Origin: an uncultured Fibrobacterota bacterium
Lineage (GTDB): Bacteria; Fibrobacterota; Chitinivibrionia; Chitinivibrionales; FEN-1185
Direction: 5' to 3'
DNA: 64,000 bases
NCBI GenBank assembly: GCA_963729895.1
Contig: CAVSQB010000003.1
Coordinates: 64,001-128,000, forward strand
Position numbers and translations under genes: made by a program. The notes below the pieces were generated by a model. It saw nothing but the letters and a program-made list of their open reading frames with translations, had not been told where the DNA came from and ran no database searches. Below, piece after piece: positions 26,966 through 36,921 of this stretch (its first letter is position 1; every line of letters starts with the position of its first letter).

Positions 26966-28270
26966 CGCATTGCCTCAAATTAAATGTAACCGAAGGCTTA
27001 ATCGAAACACGCACCAATTGATTCGTTGCCTCATAATTAAGGTAACCCAAGAAAAAAGGGGGTTACCACTATGGGGCACAAAGAAAAAGAAGCATATCGG
27101 GAAGCGATACGACAACGATATGCCCATTCCAACAGAGCCGGCAAAAAGCAGATTCTCGATGAGTTTTGTGCGATTTGCCGATACAATCGCAAGTACGCTA
27201 TCCGGCTACTTGGAAAACGCAAACAGAAACAAAAAGCCAAGCGTGGAAGAAGACCCTTATATGCTGAACCGCTTTTTATTAAGGCGTTACAGTACATCTG
27301 GAAAGCCTCTGATTTCATGTGCTCTCGCCGCCTTAAGGTTGTCATTCCAGTATGGCTGCCATTCTACGAACAATCCTTTGAACTGCTTTCCGAGGAAGTC
27401 CGTGCGCGGCTCCTCTCTGTCAGCCGCTCCACGCTTGACCGCGTCCTATGCCCTTTACGTACGCGTATGGGCAAGGGATTGTGCGGCACCAAGCCCGGCT
27501 CCATGCTGCGCAATCAAATCCCCATCCGTACCGACAACTGGGATATTACCCAGCCTGGATTCATGGAGGCGGATACGGTTGCCCATTGCGGCACCAGCCT
27601 TGCCGGAGAATTTGTGTGGAGCCTTATCATGACTGACATCCATACTGCTTGGACCGAAGGCCGTGCTGTGTGGAATAAGGGCTCCCAGGGTGTCATTGAG
27701 CAGGTTAAAGACATCGAACGACGAATACCTTTTGCCCTGCGTGGCTTTGACTGTGATAACGGGTCCGAGTTCCTCAACTATCATCTCGAACGCTACTTCG
27801 CCGTGCGACAAGACCCTGTAAAGTTCACCCGGTCACGTCCCTACAAGAAAAACGACAACGCCCATGTTGAACAGAAAAACTGGGCGCAGGCCAGGCACAT
27901 GCTTGGTTATGATCGGATCGAAAACCCCGACACGCTTCCCCTCATTAACGACCTCTATGCCAACGAGTGGTCTCTCTATCAAAACCACTTCTGTCCATCG
28001 CTGAAACTCAAATCTAAAATCCGGATAGGATCTCGATACCGCAAGACCTATGAAGAACCGAAAACTCCCTATCAAAGAATCGTTGAATCACCTTACATAG
28101 CTTCAGAAGTCAAGCAAAGCCTTGAACTGACCCACCGTGCTCTCAATCCATTCCAATTAAAAAAGACTATCGAAAGAAAACTCAAAACCATTTTCAACCT
28201 TGTTACGGTTACCTCATTTGTGAGGCATCGAATCTGACCCTTCGGTTACCTTTTATTATGAGGCAACACG
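26966..28270 (+). mobile_element. rve/DDE insertion sequence (ISNCY-like), copy 1, about 1305 bp
   Basis: Each end carries two TGCCTCA-N-GTAACC modules in inverted orientation; flanked by CACC/CACC. Exact ends are ambiguous by a few bp. Confidence 0.85.
27071..28237 (+). CDS. DDE-type (rve integrase core) transposase
   Basis: EADTVAHCG, DCDNGSEF, RSRPYKKNDNAHVEQKN; N-terminal HTH-like region. Confidence 0.9.
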   Translation: MGHKEKEAYREAIRQRYAHSNRAGKKQILDEFCAICRYNRKYAIRLLGKRKQKQKAKRGRRPLYAEPLFIKALQYIWKASDFMCSRRLKVVIPVWLPFYEQSFELLSEEVRARLLSVSRSTLDRVLCPLRTRMGKGLCGTKPGSMLRNQIPIRTDNWDITQPGFMEADTVAHCGTSLAGEFVWSLIMTDIHTAWTEGRAVWNKGSQGVIEQVKDIERRIPFALRGFDCDNGSEFLNYHLERYFAVRQDPVKFTRSRPYKKNDNAHVEQKNWAQARHMLGYDRIENPDTLPLINDLYANEWSLYQNHFCPSLKLKSKIRIGSRYRKTYEEPKTPYQRIVESPYIASEVKQSLELTHRALNPFQLKKTIERKLKTIFNLVTVTSFVRHRI

Positions 28271-28288
28271 CACCGCGCATTGCCTCAA

Positions 28289-29582
28289 GGGGACCTCTAA
28301 AAATTCTGTAAAATAGTAGATTCCAAGATCATGTTGACAGATAGTATTATTTCGCGATGTCAGGGCGTCTATTTGTCTGATAGGTGCCCAAAACTGTTCT
28401 TTTTTCGGTCCCTTTGGGGGCCTTGTGCGGTCCTGTCCCGCTTTTCAGGCGTGGCACTCAAGATATGCAAAGCGTTTTATGTTGTAAACCAGGTTCAGGA
28501 GTCCTATCTTCGCCGCGGCCCTCAGCCGCCCGATACACCTGATCCTGCCACGAAACATGATTTCTATTTGAGCAAACACATGTTCTATACGCGATCTGAC
28601 TTTGGATTTCTTCCGGTTCTGTGCCAATTGTGCTTCCGTCAATGGTGCGCCACGAGTCCCTTTGACACATATTTTGCTTCTGTACCAGAGATAATCAAGC
28701 CTTTGTTCCGCCTTTTCCGAATGATACGCGCTGTCGGCAAACACGTCCGCGTTCGTGTTCTCAGGATTAAGGAGAGGTTCAAGCATATTGGAGTCGTGCA
28801 CTTCTGCGGATGTCGCCGCATAGTCTCGAATGATTTTATGCTTCGCGTCTACCGACGCATGGTTCTTGTAGCCAAAAAACGTCTGATCGTTCTTCTTCGT
28901 CCATCGCGCATCAACATCTTTCTGACGAAGTTTCTCAGGGTGCTTTTCCCATTCCTGCGGCGTGCCCCCGTTCTTGATTTCTTTATTCTCCTCCCGCGTG
29001 TTTCTCTGGCGAGGTACCTCGACAAAACTCGCATCTATTATTTGGCCTTTCTGGGCAGTGTAACCCGCTTCGTTCAACTGACGACCGAACAGGTCAAACA
29101 GCTTCTTGACAACGCCTGCTTGTGTCAGCGTTTCCCGAAACAACCAGACCGTTTTCTCGTCGGGAATGCTATCCTCGGAAGTGAGTTCAAGAAACCGTTT
29201 GAACGTCAATCGGTCCAGAATCTGAAACTGGGTTTGCGCATCGGAAAGCCCATACATCGTCTGCAACACGAGAATCTTGAACATCAGGATATAATCGTAC
29301 GGTGGACGACCGGCGTTGCTCTTCCGTTCCTTGCGAAAAGCCTTGTCAATAACAGGACGAAAACTCTTCCAACGTATGGCCCGATTGATGGTTTCAAGAG
29401 GGTCTCCCATTTCGGAAAGCTCGGAAAGGCGATTCTCAAGGTCAAAAAGGCCTATCTGTCCCATCGCAATATCCTCCAGACGGTAGTGGGTTCGCAGGTT
29501 TGTTGTCTGGAATTAAAATAATTGACGAAATAGCCTTTGTCAAGCATTAATTGGGCAAATTAGGCAATTTTTAGAGGTCCCC
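28289..29582 (-). mobile_element. IS5-family insertion sequence, 1294 bp
   Basis: Perfect 17-bp IR GGGGACCTCTAAAAATT; 4-bp TSD TCAA at 28285-28288 and 29583-29586. Confidence 0.95.
28445..29464 (-). CDS. IS5-family transposase
   Basis: GRPPYD..LMFK, IPDEKT.W.FRE, IIDASF, DARWTKK..FGYKNH, ADSAY, RSRIEHVF. Confidence 0.93.
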   Translation of the reverse strand: MGQIGLFDLENRLSELSEMGDPLETINRAIRWKSFRPVIDKAFRKERKSNAGRPPYDYILMFKILVLQTMYGLSDAQTQFQILDRLTFKRFLELTSEDSIPDEKTVWLFRETLTQAGVVKKLFDLFGRQLNEAGYTAQKGQIIDASFVEVPRQRNTREENKEIKNGGTPQEWEKHPEKLRQKDVDARWTKKNDQTFFGYKNHASVDAKHKIIRDYAATSAEVHDSNMLEPLLNPENTNADVFADSAYHSEKAEQRLDYLWYRSKICVKGTRGAPLTEAQLAQNRKKSKVRSRIEHVFAQIEIMFRGRIRCIGRLRAAAKIGLLNLVYNIKRFAYLECHA

Positions 29583-29678
29583 TCAAATTAAATGTAACCG
29601 AAGGCTTAATCGAAACACGCACCAATTGATTCGTTGCCTCATAATTAAGGTAACCCAAGAAAAAAGGGGGTTACCACT

Positions 29679-30845
29679 ATGGGGCACAAAGAAAAAGAAG
29701 CATATCGGGAAGCGATACGACAACGATATGCCCATTCCAACAGAGCCGGCAAAAAGCAGATTCTCGATGAGTTTTGTGCGATTTGCCGATACAATCGCAA
29801 GTACGCTATCCGGCTACTTGGAAAACGCAAACAGAAACAAAAAGCCAAGCGTGGAAGAAGACCCTTATATGCTGAACCGCTTTTTATTAAGGCGTTACAG
29901 TACATCTGGAAAGCCTCTGATTTCATGTGCTCTCGCCGCCTTAAGGTTGTCATTCCAGTATGGCTGCCATTCTACGAACAATCCTTTGAACTGCTTTCCG
30001 AGGAAGTCCGTGCGCGGCTCCTCTCTGTCAGCCGCTCCACGCTTGACCGCGTCCTATGCCCTTTACGTACGCGTATGGGCAAGGGATTGTGCGGCACCAA
30101 GCCCGGCTCCATGCTGCGCAATCAAATCCCCATCCGTACCGACAACTGGGATATTACCCAGCCTGGATTCATGGAGGCGGATACGGTTGCCCATTGCGGC
30201 ACCAGCCTTGCCGGAGAATTTGTGTGGAGCCTTATCATGACTGACATCCATACTGCTTGGACCGAAGGCCGTGCTGTGTGGAATAAGGGCTCCCAGGGTG
30301 TCATTGAGCAGGTTAAAGACATCGAACGACGAATACCTTTTGCCCTGCGTGGCTTTGACTGTGATAACGGGTCCGAGTTCCTCAACTATCATCTCGAACG
30401 CTACTTCGCCGTGCGACAAGACCCTGTAAAGTTCACCCGGTCACGTCCCTACAAGAAAAACGACAACGCCCATGTCGAACAGAAAAACTGGGCGCAGGCC
30501 AGGCACATGCTTGGTTATGATCGGATCGAAAACCCCGACACGCTTCCCCTCATTAACGACCTCTATGCCAACGAGTGGTCTCTCTATCAAAACCACTTCT
30601 GTCCATCGCTGAAACTCAAATCTAAAATCCGGATAGGATCTCGATACCGCAAGACCTATGAAGAACCGAAAACTCCCTATCAAAGAATCGTTGAATCACC
30701 TTACATAGCTTCAGAAGTCAAGCAAAGCCTTGAACTGACCCACCGTGCTCTCAATCCATTCCAATTAAAAAAGACTATCGAAAGAAAACTCAAAACCATT
30801 TTCAACCTTGTTACGGTTACCTCATTTGTGAGGCATCGAATCTGA
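29679..30845 (+). CDS. DDE-type transposase, same protein as 27071..28237
   Basis: Identical translation; one synonymous difference seen (27868 T vs 30476 C). Confidence 0.9.
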   Translation: MGHKEKEAYREAIRQRYAHSNRAGKKQILDEFCAICRYNRKYAIRLLGKRKQKQKAKRGRRPLYAEPLFIKALQYIWKASDFMCSRRLKVVIPVWLPFYEQSFELLSEEVRARLLSVSRSTLDRVLCPLRTRMGKGLCGTKPGSMLRNQIPIRTDNWDITQPGFMEADTVAHCGTSLAGEFVWSLIMTDIHTAWTEGRAVWNKGSQGVIEQVKDIERRIPFALRGFDCDNGSEFLNYHLERYFAVRQDPVKFTRSRPYKKNDNAHVEQKNWAQARHMLGYDRIENPDTLPLINDLYANEWSLYQNHFCPSLKLKSKIRIGSRYRKTYEEPKTPYQRIVESPYIASEVKQSLELTHRALNPFQLKKTIERKLKTIFNLVTVTSFVRHRI

Positions 30846-31046
30846 CCCTTCGGTTACCTTTTATTATGAGGCAACACGCACCGGACGAAAAGGGCCGAGA
30901 ACCGCGAATACGCCTGAGTGCGGACCCTGCGTATCGTGTCAAGATACAACGACACGTATTCGAGGCAGGAAGGTTCCATCGGGCGCTCCCGCAATGACGT
31001 TTCGAACGCACGGTTAGTTCGGACATCACCGTCCGCGCCTGCGGCA

Positions 31047-32006
31047 TCACGGCCACTCTTTTCGTGTCAAGACCCGCGCCGATTCATCCGAGCGCACCCG
31101 CAACAGCGCATCCGCCGGAATCGCCTTGTGGGTGTGGAGCAGCATTTTGGCAACACCCTCCTGCACGTCGGACCCGACCACCAGAACAACGGGGGCGGAG
31201 AAATTCTCCGGCAGCAGGAGTACCGCGTCGCTGCGGTGCACGGCTTCCAGCCGCTCGCCTTCGGGTTCATCGCGCGAAACAATGATCCAGTCGCCTTTTC
31301 CGGTGCGATAATGCCGCCCTATCCTCAGGAGCGGCATGTCGTGCAGGGCGGGGCGCGCGGTGTTGTCGAAGTAGTCTTTGAGCCTGGCTGCAAAGTTCCC
31401 ATCGGTCAATAGACATCCGCCCGCAGGGCACGAGTACTCCAGGATTCCTTTGTCCTTTGCCAGGCTCATCTGCTGCTTGCGTGACCGTCCGACAATCGCC
31501 AGGAGCCGTGCGCGGTCCACCCAGCCTTCTTTTTCCGGCACGGTGGGATCGAGCACCTGCGCCGAGAGCGGGCGGACAATAAGGTCCCCGATGCCGGACT
31601 CCTCGCTGATGACGGCAAGCGCGCGGCGGTGCTGCGACATGGGACGCTGTCCCAGGACTTCGCCGGTAAACAGGAACTGCGCGCCGATTTCCCTCATGTA
31701 TTCCGCCGCTTTTTTGAGCTTGAGGATCCTGCAATCGATGCACGGGTTCATGCCGCGGCCGTACCCGTGTTTCGGGGCCCGCACCATGTCAAGATAGTCC
31801 TGACCCATGGCTATCCGCTTGAGCGGGATGCCGCCGAGTTGACGCACCGCGGTAATCACCGACGCGCACCCCGCGGATTTCGGCGTGCACGTGCAGAACG
31901 GAGAGGTAAAGTTAACCGCAAAGACCTCAATGCCTTGATCGATGAGAACCTTTGCGGCCAGTGTGCTGTCGAGACCGCCGGAAAGGAGCCCTACTGCACG
32001 AATCAT
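31047..32006 (-). CDS. PP-loop tRNA thiolation-like protein (ThiI/MnmA-related)
   Basis: LLSGGLDS, NPCIDC, GEVLGQRPMSQ, PAGGCLLTD. Confidence 0.78.
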   Translation of the reverse strand: MIRAVGLLSGGLDSTLAAKVLIDQGIEVFAVNFTSPFCTCTPKSAGCASVITAVRQLGGIPLKRIAMGQDYLDMVRAPKHGYGRGMNPCIDCRILKLKKAAEYMREIGAQFLFTGEVLGQRPMSQHRRALAVISEESGIGDLIVRPLSAQVLDPTVPEKEGWVDRARLLAIVGRSRKQQMSLAKDKGILEYSCPAGGCLLTDGNFAARLKDYFDNTARPALHDMPLLRIGRHYRTGKGDWIIVSRDEPEGERLEAVHRSDAVLLLPENFSAPVVLVVGSDVQEGVAKMLLHTHKAIPADALLRVRSDESARVLTRKEWP

Positions 32007-32013
32007 CGTACCG

Positions 32014-32811
32014 TCACTTTCCCTGTGGCAAACCGGTGGCGCGCGCCACCACATCCTGAATCACGAGGCCTGCCAGGTAAAACCCGAACGTACCGGTCAC
32101 GTGGACCGCCGACCCGTTGATCTGTTTCTTGGTGCTGCACCATTCATGCGCGGGCGCGGCCCCGCCCCCGGGGCGTTTCCCGGTTTTTGGACACAGGCAA
32201 TCGGGTGCAGGCTGCAAAGGCAGGTTTTCTTCACTGTAGACGCAGGTCACCTCGCCCTCGAACCCTTTTTTCCTCAACCGCTTTCGGATATACCTGCCGA
32301 GCGGGCAGCCTTGCGAGTTCCACAGGGAATCCACCCGGATCCGCAGGGGATCGAGTTTGTTTGACGCGCCAAGAGCCGAGAATACCCTGGCGCCGGCTTT
32401 ACAAGATGCAATGATGAGATCCACCTTGTTGCTGAGGCTGTCGATGGCGTCGATCACGTAGTGGTACCCGTCCAGCGCGAACCCGTCCGCGGTGGTCCTC
32501 GAAAAAATCATTTCCAGGGGAAGAATTGACGCATCGGGATGTATCTGCCGCAGCCGTGCAGCCAACTCAAGAACTTTCGGCTTGCCGACGCTTTCGGCGG
32601 TGGCCTGCACCTGGCGGTTGATATTCGTGACGCACACGATGTCCGAGTCGACAAGTGCAATGGTGCCTACGCCCGACCGGACCAGCGCTTCCGCGCACCA
32701 GCTCCCCACCCCGCCGATGCCGAACACAATCACTCTCGTCTTTGCAAGGGCTTTTATCCCGGCAGAGCCGGTGATGAGCTCAAGCCGCTGAAACACCGGA
32801 TTCTGCGCCAC
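32014..32811 (-). CDS. tcdA: tRNA threonylcarbamoyladenosine dehydratase (ThiF family)
   Basis: FGIGGVGSWCAEAL.RSG, TNINRQ, IDAID, VYSEE; GTG start inferred. Confidence 0.85.
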   Translation of the reverse strand: MAQNPVFQRLELITGSAGIKALAKTRVIVFGIGGVGSWCAEALVRSGVGTIALVDSDIVCVTNINRQVQATAESVGKPKVLELAARLRQIHPDASILPLEMIFSRTTADGFALDGYHYVIDAIDSLSNKVDLIIASCKAGARVFSALGASNKLDPLRIRVDSLWNSQGCPLGRYIRKRLRKKGFEGEVTCVYSEENLPLQPAPDCLCPKTGKRPGGGAAPAHEWCSTKKQINGSAVHVTGTFGFYLAGLVIQDVVARATGLPQGK

Positions 32812-32986
32812 GCAAACGATCCTCGTGCAGGTGAAGGTACAGCCCTCGCGGCAGCCGTACTGTTTCGGCACTGTCCGCCCGCGAGGCCCGGAGAAAGGCT
32901 CCGGCGCACAATAACAATGTATTTTGTGTACCGTGTGCCAGGGCACACTAAATATACTCCGTCTATTATTAACAAGGAGCGATTCC

Positions 32987-33295
32987 ATGGCCGAACATCC
33001 ACTGGCGCCGCTTTTCAGGCTCGATGCGGACCTGCAGAATCACCTGAAGGCATCAGACGCCTTTGTGTATTCCGACGGCGCATTGCCCAGGAAAACCAAA
33101 CTCGTCATGGCAATGGCTTTCGACGCCGCACATGGGGCTGACCAGGGCGTTGCAGCTCTTGCAGACGCGGCGATCAAGGCCGGCGCAACAAAGCAGGAAA
33201 TCCTCGAAGCCGTTCGCGTTGCCGTTCACCTGAGCGGCATCGGCGCGGCATACACCGCGTCAAAGGGGCTTGCAGGGCTGGAGTCGAAGGAATGA
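32987..33295 (+). CDS. Carboxymuconolactone decarboxylase-family protein
   Basis: DGALPRKTKLV, AIKAGATKQEILEAV; AAGGAG RBS. Confidence 0.82.
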   Translation: MAEHPLAPLFRLDADLQNHLKASDAFVYSDGALPRKTKLVMAMAFDAAHGADQGVAALADAAIKAGATKQEILEAVRVAVHLSGIGAAYTASKGLAGLESKE

Positions 33296-34446
33296 CACAG
33301 AAGGCCGCAGGCCACATTGACACACAGGTATGTCACGCGGGACTGTGCACCGACGAAAAGACCGGCGCCGTCAGCACGCCCATTTACCAGACGGCAACGT
33401 TCCGGCACCGCGGGCCGGGATTGTCAACCGGCTACGACTATTCCAGGACATCCAACCCGACTCGCGGCGTGCTCGAACAGGCCATGGCCGGTCTCGAATG
33501 CGGACATGCGGGCTTCGCGTTCGCGTCGGGCATGGCTGCGGTTGCCGCGGTCGCCGCTCTGTTGAAACCCGGCGACGCCCTTGTGGCGTCGGACGACCTG
33601 TACGGCGGCACCTACCGGTATTTTGAAAATTTCGCCCGGCCAGCCGGGATCCGCGTTTCCTATGCGGACACTTCCCGCAGCGGCCTGATGCGGGAAATCC
33701 TGTCGAAGGAGAAGATCAGGGCGCTGTTCATAGAGTCACCCACAAATCCGACCATGAAGATAACCGACCTGCGGCGCATCTCGTCCTACGCGCGTGCCAA
33801 CGGCGCGGTGACGGTGGTCGACAACACCTTCATGTCGCCGTTGTTGCAGCGGCCTTTGCTGCTGGGAGCGGATATCGTGATTCACAGCGGGACAAAATTC
33901 CTTGCCGGCCACAACGACACCTTGTGCGGCATTGTCGTGACGAGAACCCCGCGCTTGTCGAAACGGATCGCTTTTGCCCAAAACGCAGCGGGCGGCGTCT
34001 TGTCGCCGTTCGACTCCTGGCTTGTTTTGCGCGGGCTCAAGACCCTTGCCGTGCGAATGGAAAGGTCGCAGGCAAACGCCAGGAAGATCGCGGCATGGCT
34101 TTGCCGGCACCGGCGCGTCGCGGCTGTTTATTTCCCCGGCCTTGCCGCACATCCCGGTTACGCGCTTCACAAACGGCAGGCTCGCGGACCGGGATCCATT
34201 ATTTCTTTCCGCATGAGAAACGCGCGAATGGCGACCGCGGTACTGCGGCGGGTGGAAACCATTTCGTTCGCGGAGAGCCTGGGCGGCGTGGAAACGCTTA
34301 TCACGCATCCCGCCCGCCAGACACACACCGATGTTCCCGAACAGACCCGGCGATGCCTGGGCGTCACCGACGACCTGTTGCGCCTGTCGGTGGGCATCGA
34401 ACGGTGCGAGGATTTGATTGCCGACCTTAAAAACGCTTTGGAGTAA
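33292..34446 (+). CDS. Cys/Met PLP enzyme, probable cystathionine gamma-synthase
   Basis: YSRTSNPTR, ESPTNP, DNTF, HSGTKFLAGH, AESLGGVE. Confidence 0.85.
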   Translation: MTQKAAGHIDTQVCHAGLCTDEKTGAVSTPIYQTATFRHRGPGLSTGYDYSRTSNPTRGVLEQAMAGLECGHAGFAFASGMAAVAAVAALLKPGDALVASDDLYGGTYRYFENFARPAGIRVSYADTSRSGLMREILSKEKIRALFIESPTNPTMKITDLRRISSYARANGAVTVVDNTFMSPLLQRPLLLGADIVIHSGTKFLAGHNDTLCGIVVTRTPRLSKRIAFAQNAAGGVLSPFDSWLVLRGLKTLAVRMERSQANARKIAAWLCRHRRVAAVYFPGLAAHPGYALHKRQARGPGSIISFRMRNARMATAVLRRVETISFAESLGGVETLITHPARQTHTDVPEQTRRCLGVTDDLLRLSVGIERCEDLIADLKNALE

Positions 34447-34450
34447 TCCT

Positions 34451-35608
34451 ATGAGCACGCAAGAGCCTTTCCGGTACGACACCACTATTCTTCACGGCGC
34501 GGCCGCCCGCGACGAAGCGACCGGCGCGCTCAGCATTCCCATTTACCCTGCGTCAACGTACCACCAGAAGGACATCGGCGTGCGCCAGGAGTTCGACTAC
34601 GGACGCTCGGGCAACCCCACGCGCAAGGCGCTCGAAGAAACCCTTGCCGTGCTCGAAGGCGGGAAGTCGGGATTTGCGTTTGCCTCGGGCATGTCGGCCA
34701 TTCATGCCGCGATTACCGCGTTTGTCAAAGCAGGCGACCATATCGTGGCCACCCGGGACATCTACGGCGGCACCTACCGTTTTCTCACCGGATTTCTTTC
34801 GAAGTTCGGCGTTACCCATACCTTTGCGGATACCACGGACCCTGCAAACACGCGTGCCGCACTCACGCCGTCCACCCGCGTACTGTTTCTGGAAAGCCCG
34901 TCCAATCCGCTGCTCAAGATTACCGATCTTGCCGCGCACGCGAAGATTGCGGCCGAGCGCGGGATCATCACCATGATCGACAACACCTTTCTCTCGCCGT
35001 ACTTTCTTCAGCCCTTTACGCACGGGATCGACATCAGCATTCATAGCGCCACAAAATTCCTCGGCGGCCACAGCGATCTCATCGCGGGCGCGGTGGTCAC
35101 CCGATCCAAGGAACATGGCGATGCGGTCCGCTACGTCCAGAATACCTGCGGTGCCGTGCTGAGCCCGGAAAACTCATGGCTTCTTTTGCGGGGGATCAAG
35201 ACGCTGGGCGCACGCATGAAGCTTCAGCAGGCGACCGCGACTGCGGTGGCCCGGTGGATGGAAAAACAAGGATGGGTGACGCGGGTGTTCTACCCCGGCC
35301 TGCCGAATCATCCGGGCCGCGACATCCTGCAGCGCGAGGCGAGCGGATTCGGAAGCGTCGTGTCTTTCTCCGTTGACACAATAGAACGTCTCAATCGCCT
35401 GCTCAAGAGGGTAAAGGTCCTTACCGTTGCCGTGAGCCTCGGCGGCGTGGAAAGCATCCTGTCGTATCCTGCCCGCATGTCGCATGCGGCAATGCCCGCG
35501 CAGGTGCGCGCCGACCTCGGCATAACCGACACACTGCTCAGGCTTTCGGTGGGGCTTGAAGCGGCGGATGATATCATTGCCGACCTGGACCAGGGTTCCG
35601 CCGGTTGA
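34451..35608 (+). CDS. Cys/Met PLP enzyme, probable cystathionine beta-lyase
   Basis: YGRSGNPTR, HSATKFLGGH, AVSLGGVES; tandem paralogue arranged like metI-metC. Confidence 0.85.
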   Translation: MSTQEPFRYDTTILHGAAARDEATGALSIPIYPASTYHQKDIGVRQEFDYGRSGNPTRKALEETLAVLEGGKSGFAFASGMSAIHAAITAFVKAGDHIVATRDIYGGTYRFLTGFLSKFGVTHTFADTTDPANTRAALTPSTRVLFLESPSNPLLKITDLAAHAKIAAERGIITMIDNTFLSPYFLQPFTHGIDISIHSATKFLGGHSDLIAGAVVTRSKEHGDAVRYVQNTCGAVLSPENSWLLLRGIKTLGARMKLQQATATAVARWMEKQGWVTRVFYPGLPNHPGRDILQREASGFGSVVSFSVDTIERLNRLLKRVKVLTVAVSLGGVESILSYPARMSHAAMPAQVRADLGITDTLLRLSVGLEAADDIIADLDQGSAG

Positions 35609-35625
35609 AGAGAAATCCGCCCACG

Positions 35626-36693
35626 TTACGAAACCGGATTCTTCGAGGAATAGTCGACCGCCCGTTTCTCGGCACTGCTTTGCCTCGCGAGCTCGATTAC
35701 GCGTATGACGTCTCGTGCCTGTTCGGGCTGCACGGCCAGTTCCGTCCCGTTTACAATTGCTTCGTAGACGTTTTGGTAAAACGCCTGGTAGCACCCGCAG
35801 GCCGTTTCGATCTTTTCCCTGGATTCCGATGACCCGTTGCAGACGTTGAGCGTTCCCCATTCCGCTTCGGGGTCTTTGCCCCAGTCCCGGTCCTCCGGCG
35901 TTTTTCCGCGTTTGAGCGCCTCTTCCTGCGGGTCAAGGCCAAACTTGACAAATGACCCATTGGTGCCGTGGAGAGCGAACCGCGGGCCCGGCTCGCGCGC
36001 AAGCATAGTCGCCCCGCACGTCACCTTGAGGCGATCATAGCCGAGAACAACCTCGAACTGATCATCGGCTTTTGCATTGTCTCTTTGCATCCTGATCTCC
36101 GCGCAGACCGACTGTGGCGGTCCGAACAAGACGAGGGCCTGATCGATAAGATGCGGGCCGATATCGTAGAGCAGCCCGCTGCCCGCACCCGCCTCTTCGC
36201 GCCATGCGCCGGGCCGGGGTGATTTCCGGAACCTGTCGAAACGCGACTCGAACGCCACGAGCCTGCCGAGGCGGCCCTGTCGCACGATTTCCGAAACGGT
36301 GAGGAAATCTCCGTCCCATCGCCTGTTCTGGTGCACGCTGAGAATTCTCTTCTGACTGCGCGCCAGGTCTGCGAGCTGTTGCGCCTCAGCGGTCGTGATG
36401 GTGAACGGCTTGTCCACCACCACGTGCTTACCGGCCAGAAGCGCGGCGCGGGCCAGATCGAAATGGGTGGCGTTGGGTGTGGCAATTACTACGAGCTCGA
36501 TTTCCGTTCGCTCGAAAAGCGCTGCAGCGTCCTTTACAACAGCGGCCTGTGGATACCGCTGCCGCGAGGCTTCGCCATGCCGCTCCACCACCGCCGCGAG
36601 GCGCAACCGGGGAATTGCGGAGATGACCGGCGCATGAAATACCTGGCCGGCCATTCCATAGCCGACGAGGCCGACGTTGATCTTTCTGGACAT
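35626..36693 (-). CDS. Gfo/Idh/MocA-family oxidoreductase
   Basis: GLVGYGMAG..FHAP, HVVVDKP, HQNRRWDGDF, YDIGPHLID. Confidence 0.9.
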   Translation of the reverse strand: MSRKINVGLVGYGMAGQVFHAPVISAIPRLRLAAVVERHGEASRQRYPQAAVVKDAAALFERTEIELVVIATPNATHFDLARAALLAGKHVVVDKPFTITTAEAQQLADLARSQKRILSVHQNRRWDGDFLTVSEIVRQGRLGRLVAFESRFDRFRKSPRPGAWREEAGAGSGLLYDIGPHLIDQALVLFGPPQSVCAEIRMQRDNAKADDQFEVVLGYDRLKVTCGATMLAREPGPRFALHGTNGSFVKFGLDPQEEALKRGKTPEDRDWGKDPEAEWGTLNVCNGSSESREKIETACGCYQAFYQNVYEAIVNGTELAVQPEQARDVIRVIELARQSSAEKRAVDYSSKNPVS

Positions 36694-36921
36694 CTGCCAC
36701 TCCTTGCAAACCGTCCCCGGATCTGCCCAAACCAGGGCTCCTGTGCAGGGAAACATTCAACTTCCTGGCAGGGCGGCACACGGGAAAGCCGACTCGGTTT
36801 GACATCACGGATTCAAAAGTCTATTTTTCTGGTATGACGTCATGAATTCGTGCACCTGTTACGAATTCCCTCCGCGCACAAAGCTTCCTGAAGGCTTCGG
36901 ACAACATAAAGAGGCATCACG

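Larger units (their letters stand above)
28276..30878 (+). mobile_element. Second copy of the same IS, left end interrupted by IS5
   Basis: 1305 bp once the IS5 and one TSD are removed; flanked by CACCG/CACCG. Confidence 0.85.
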
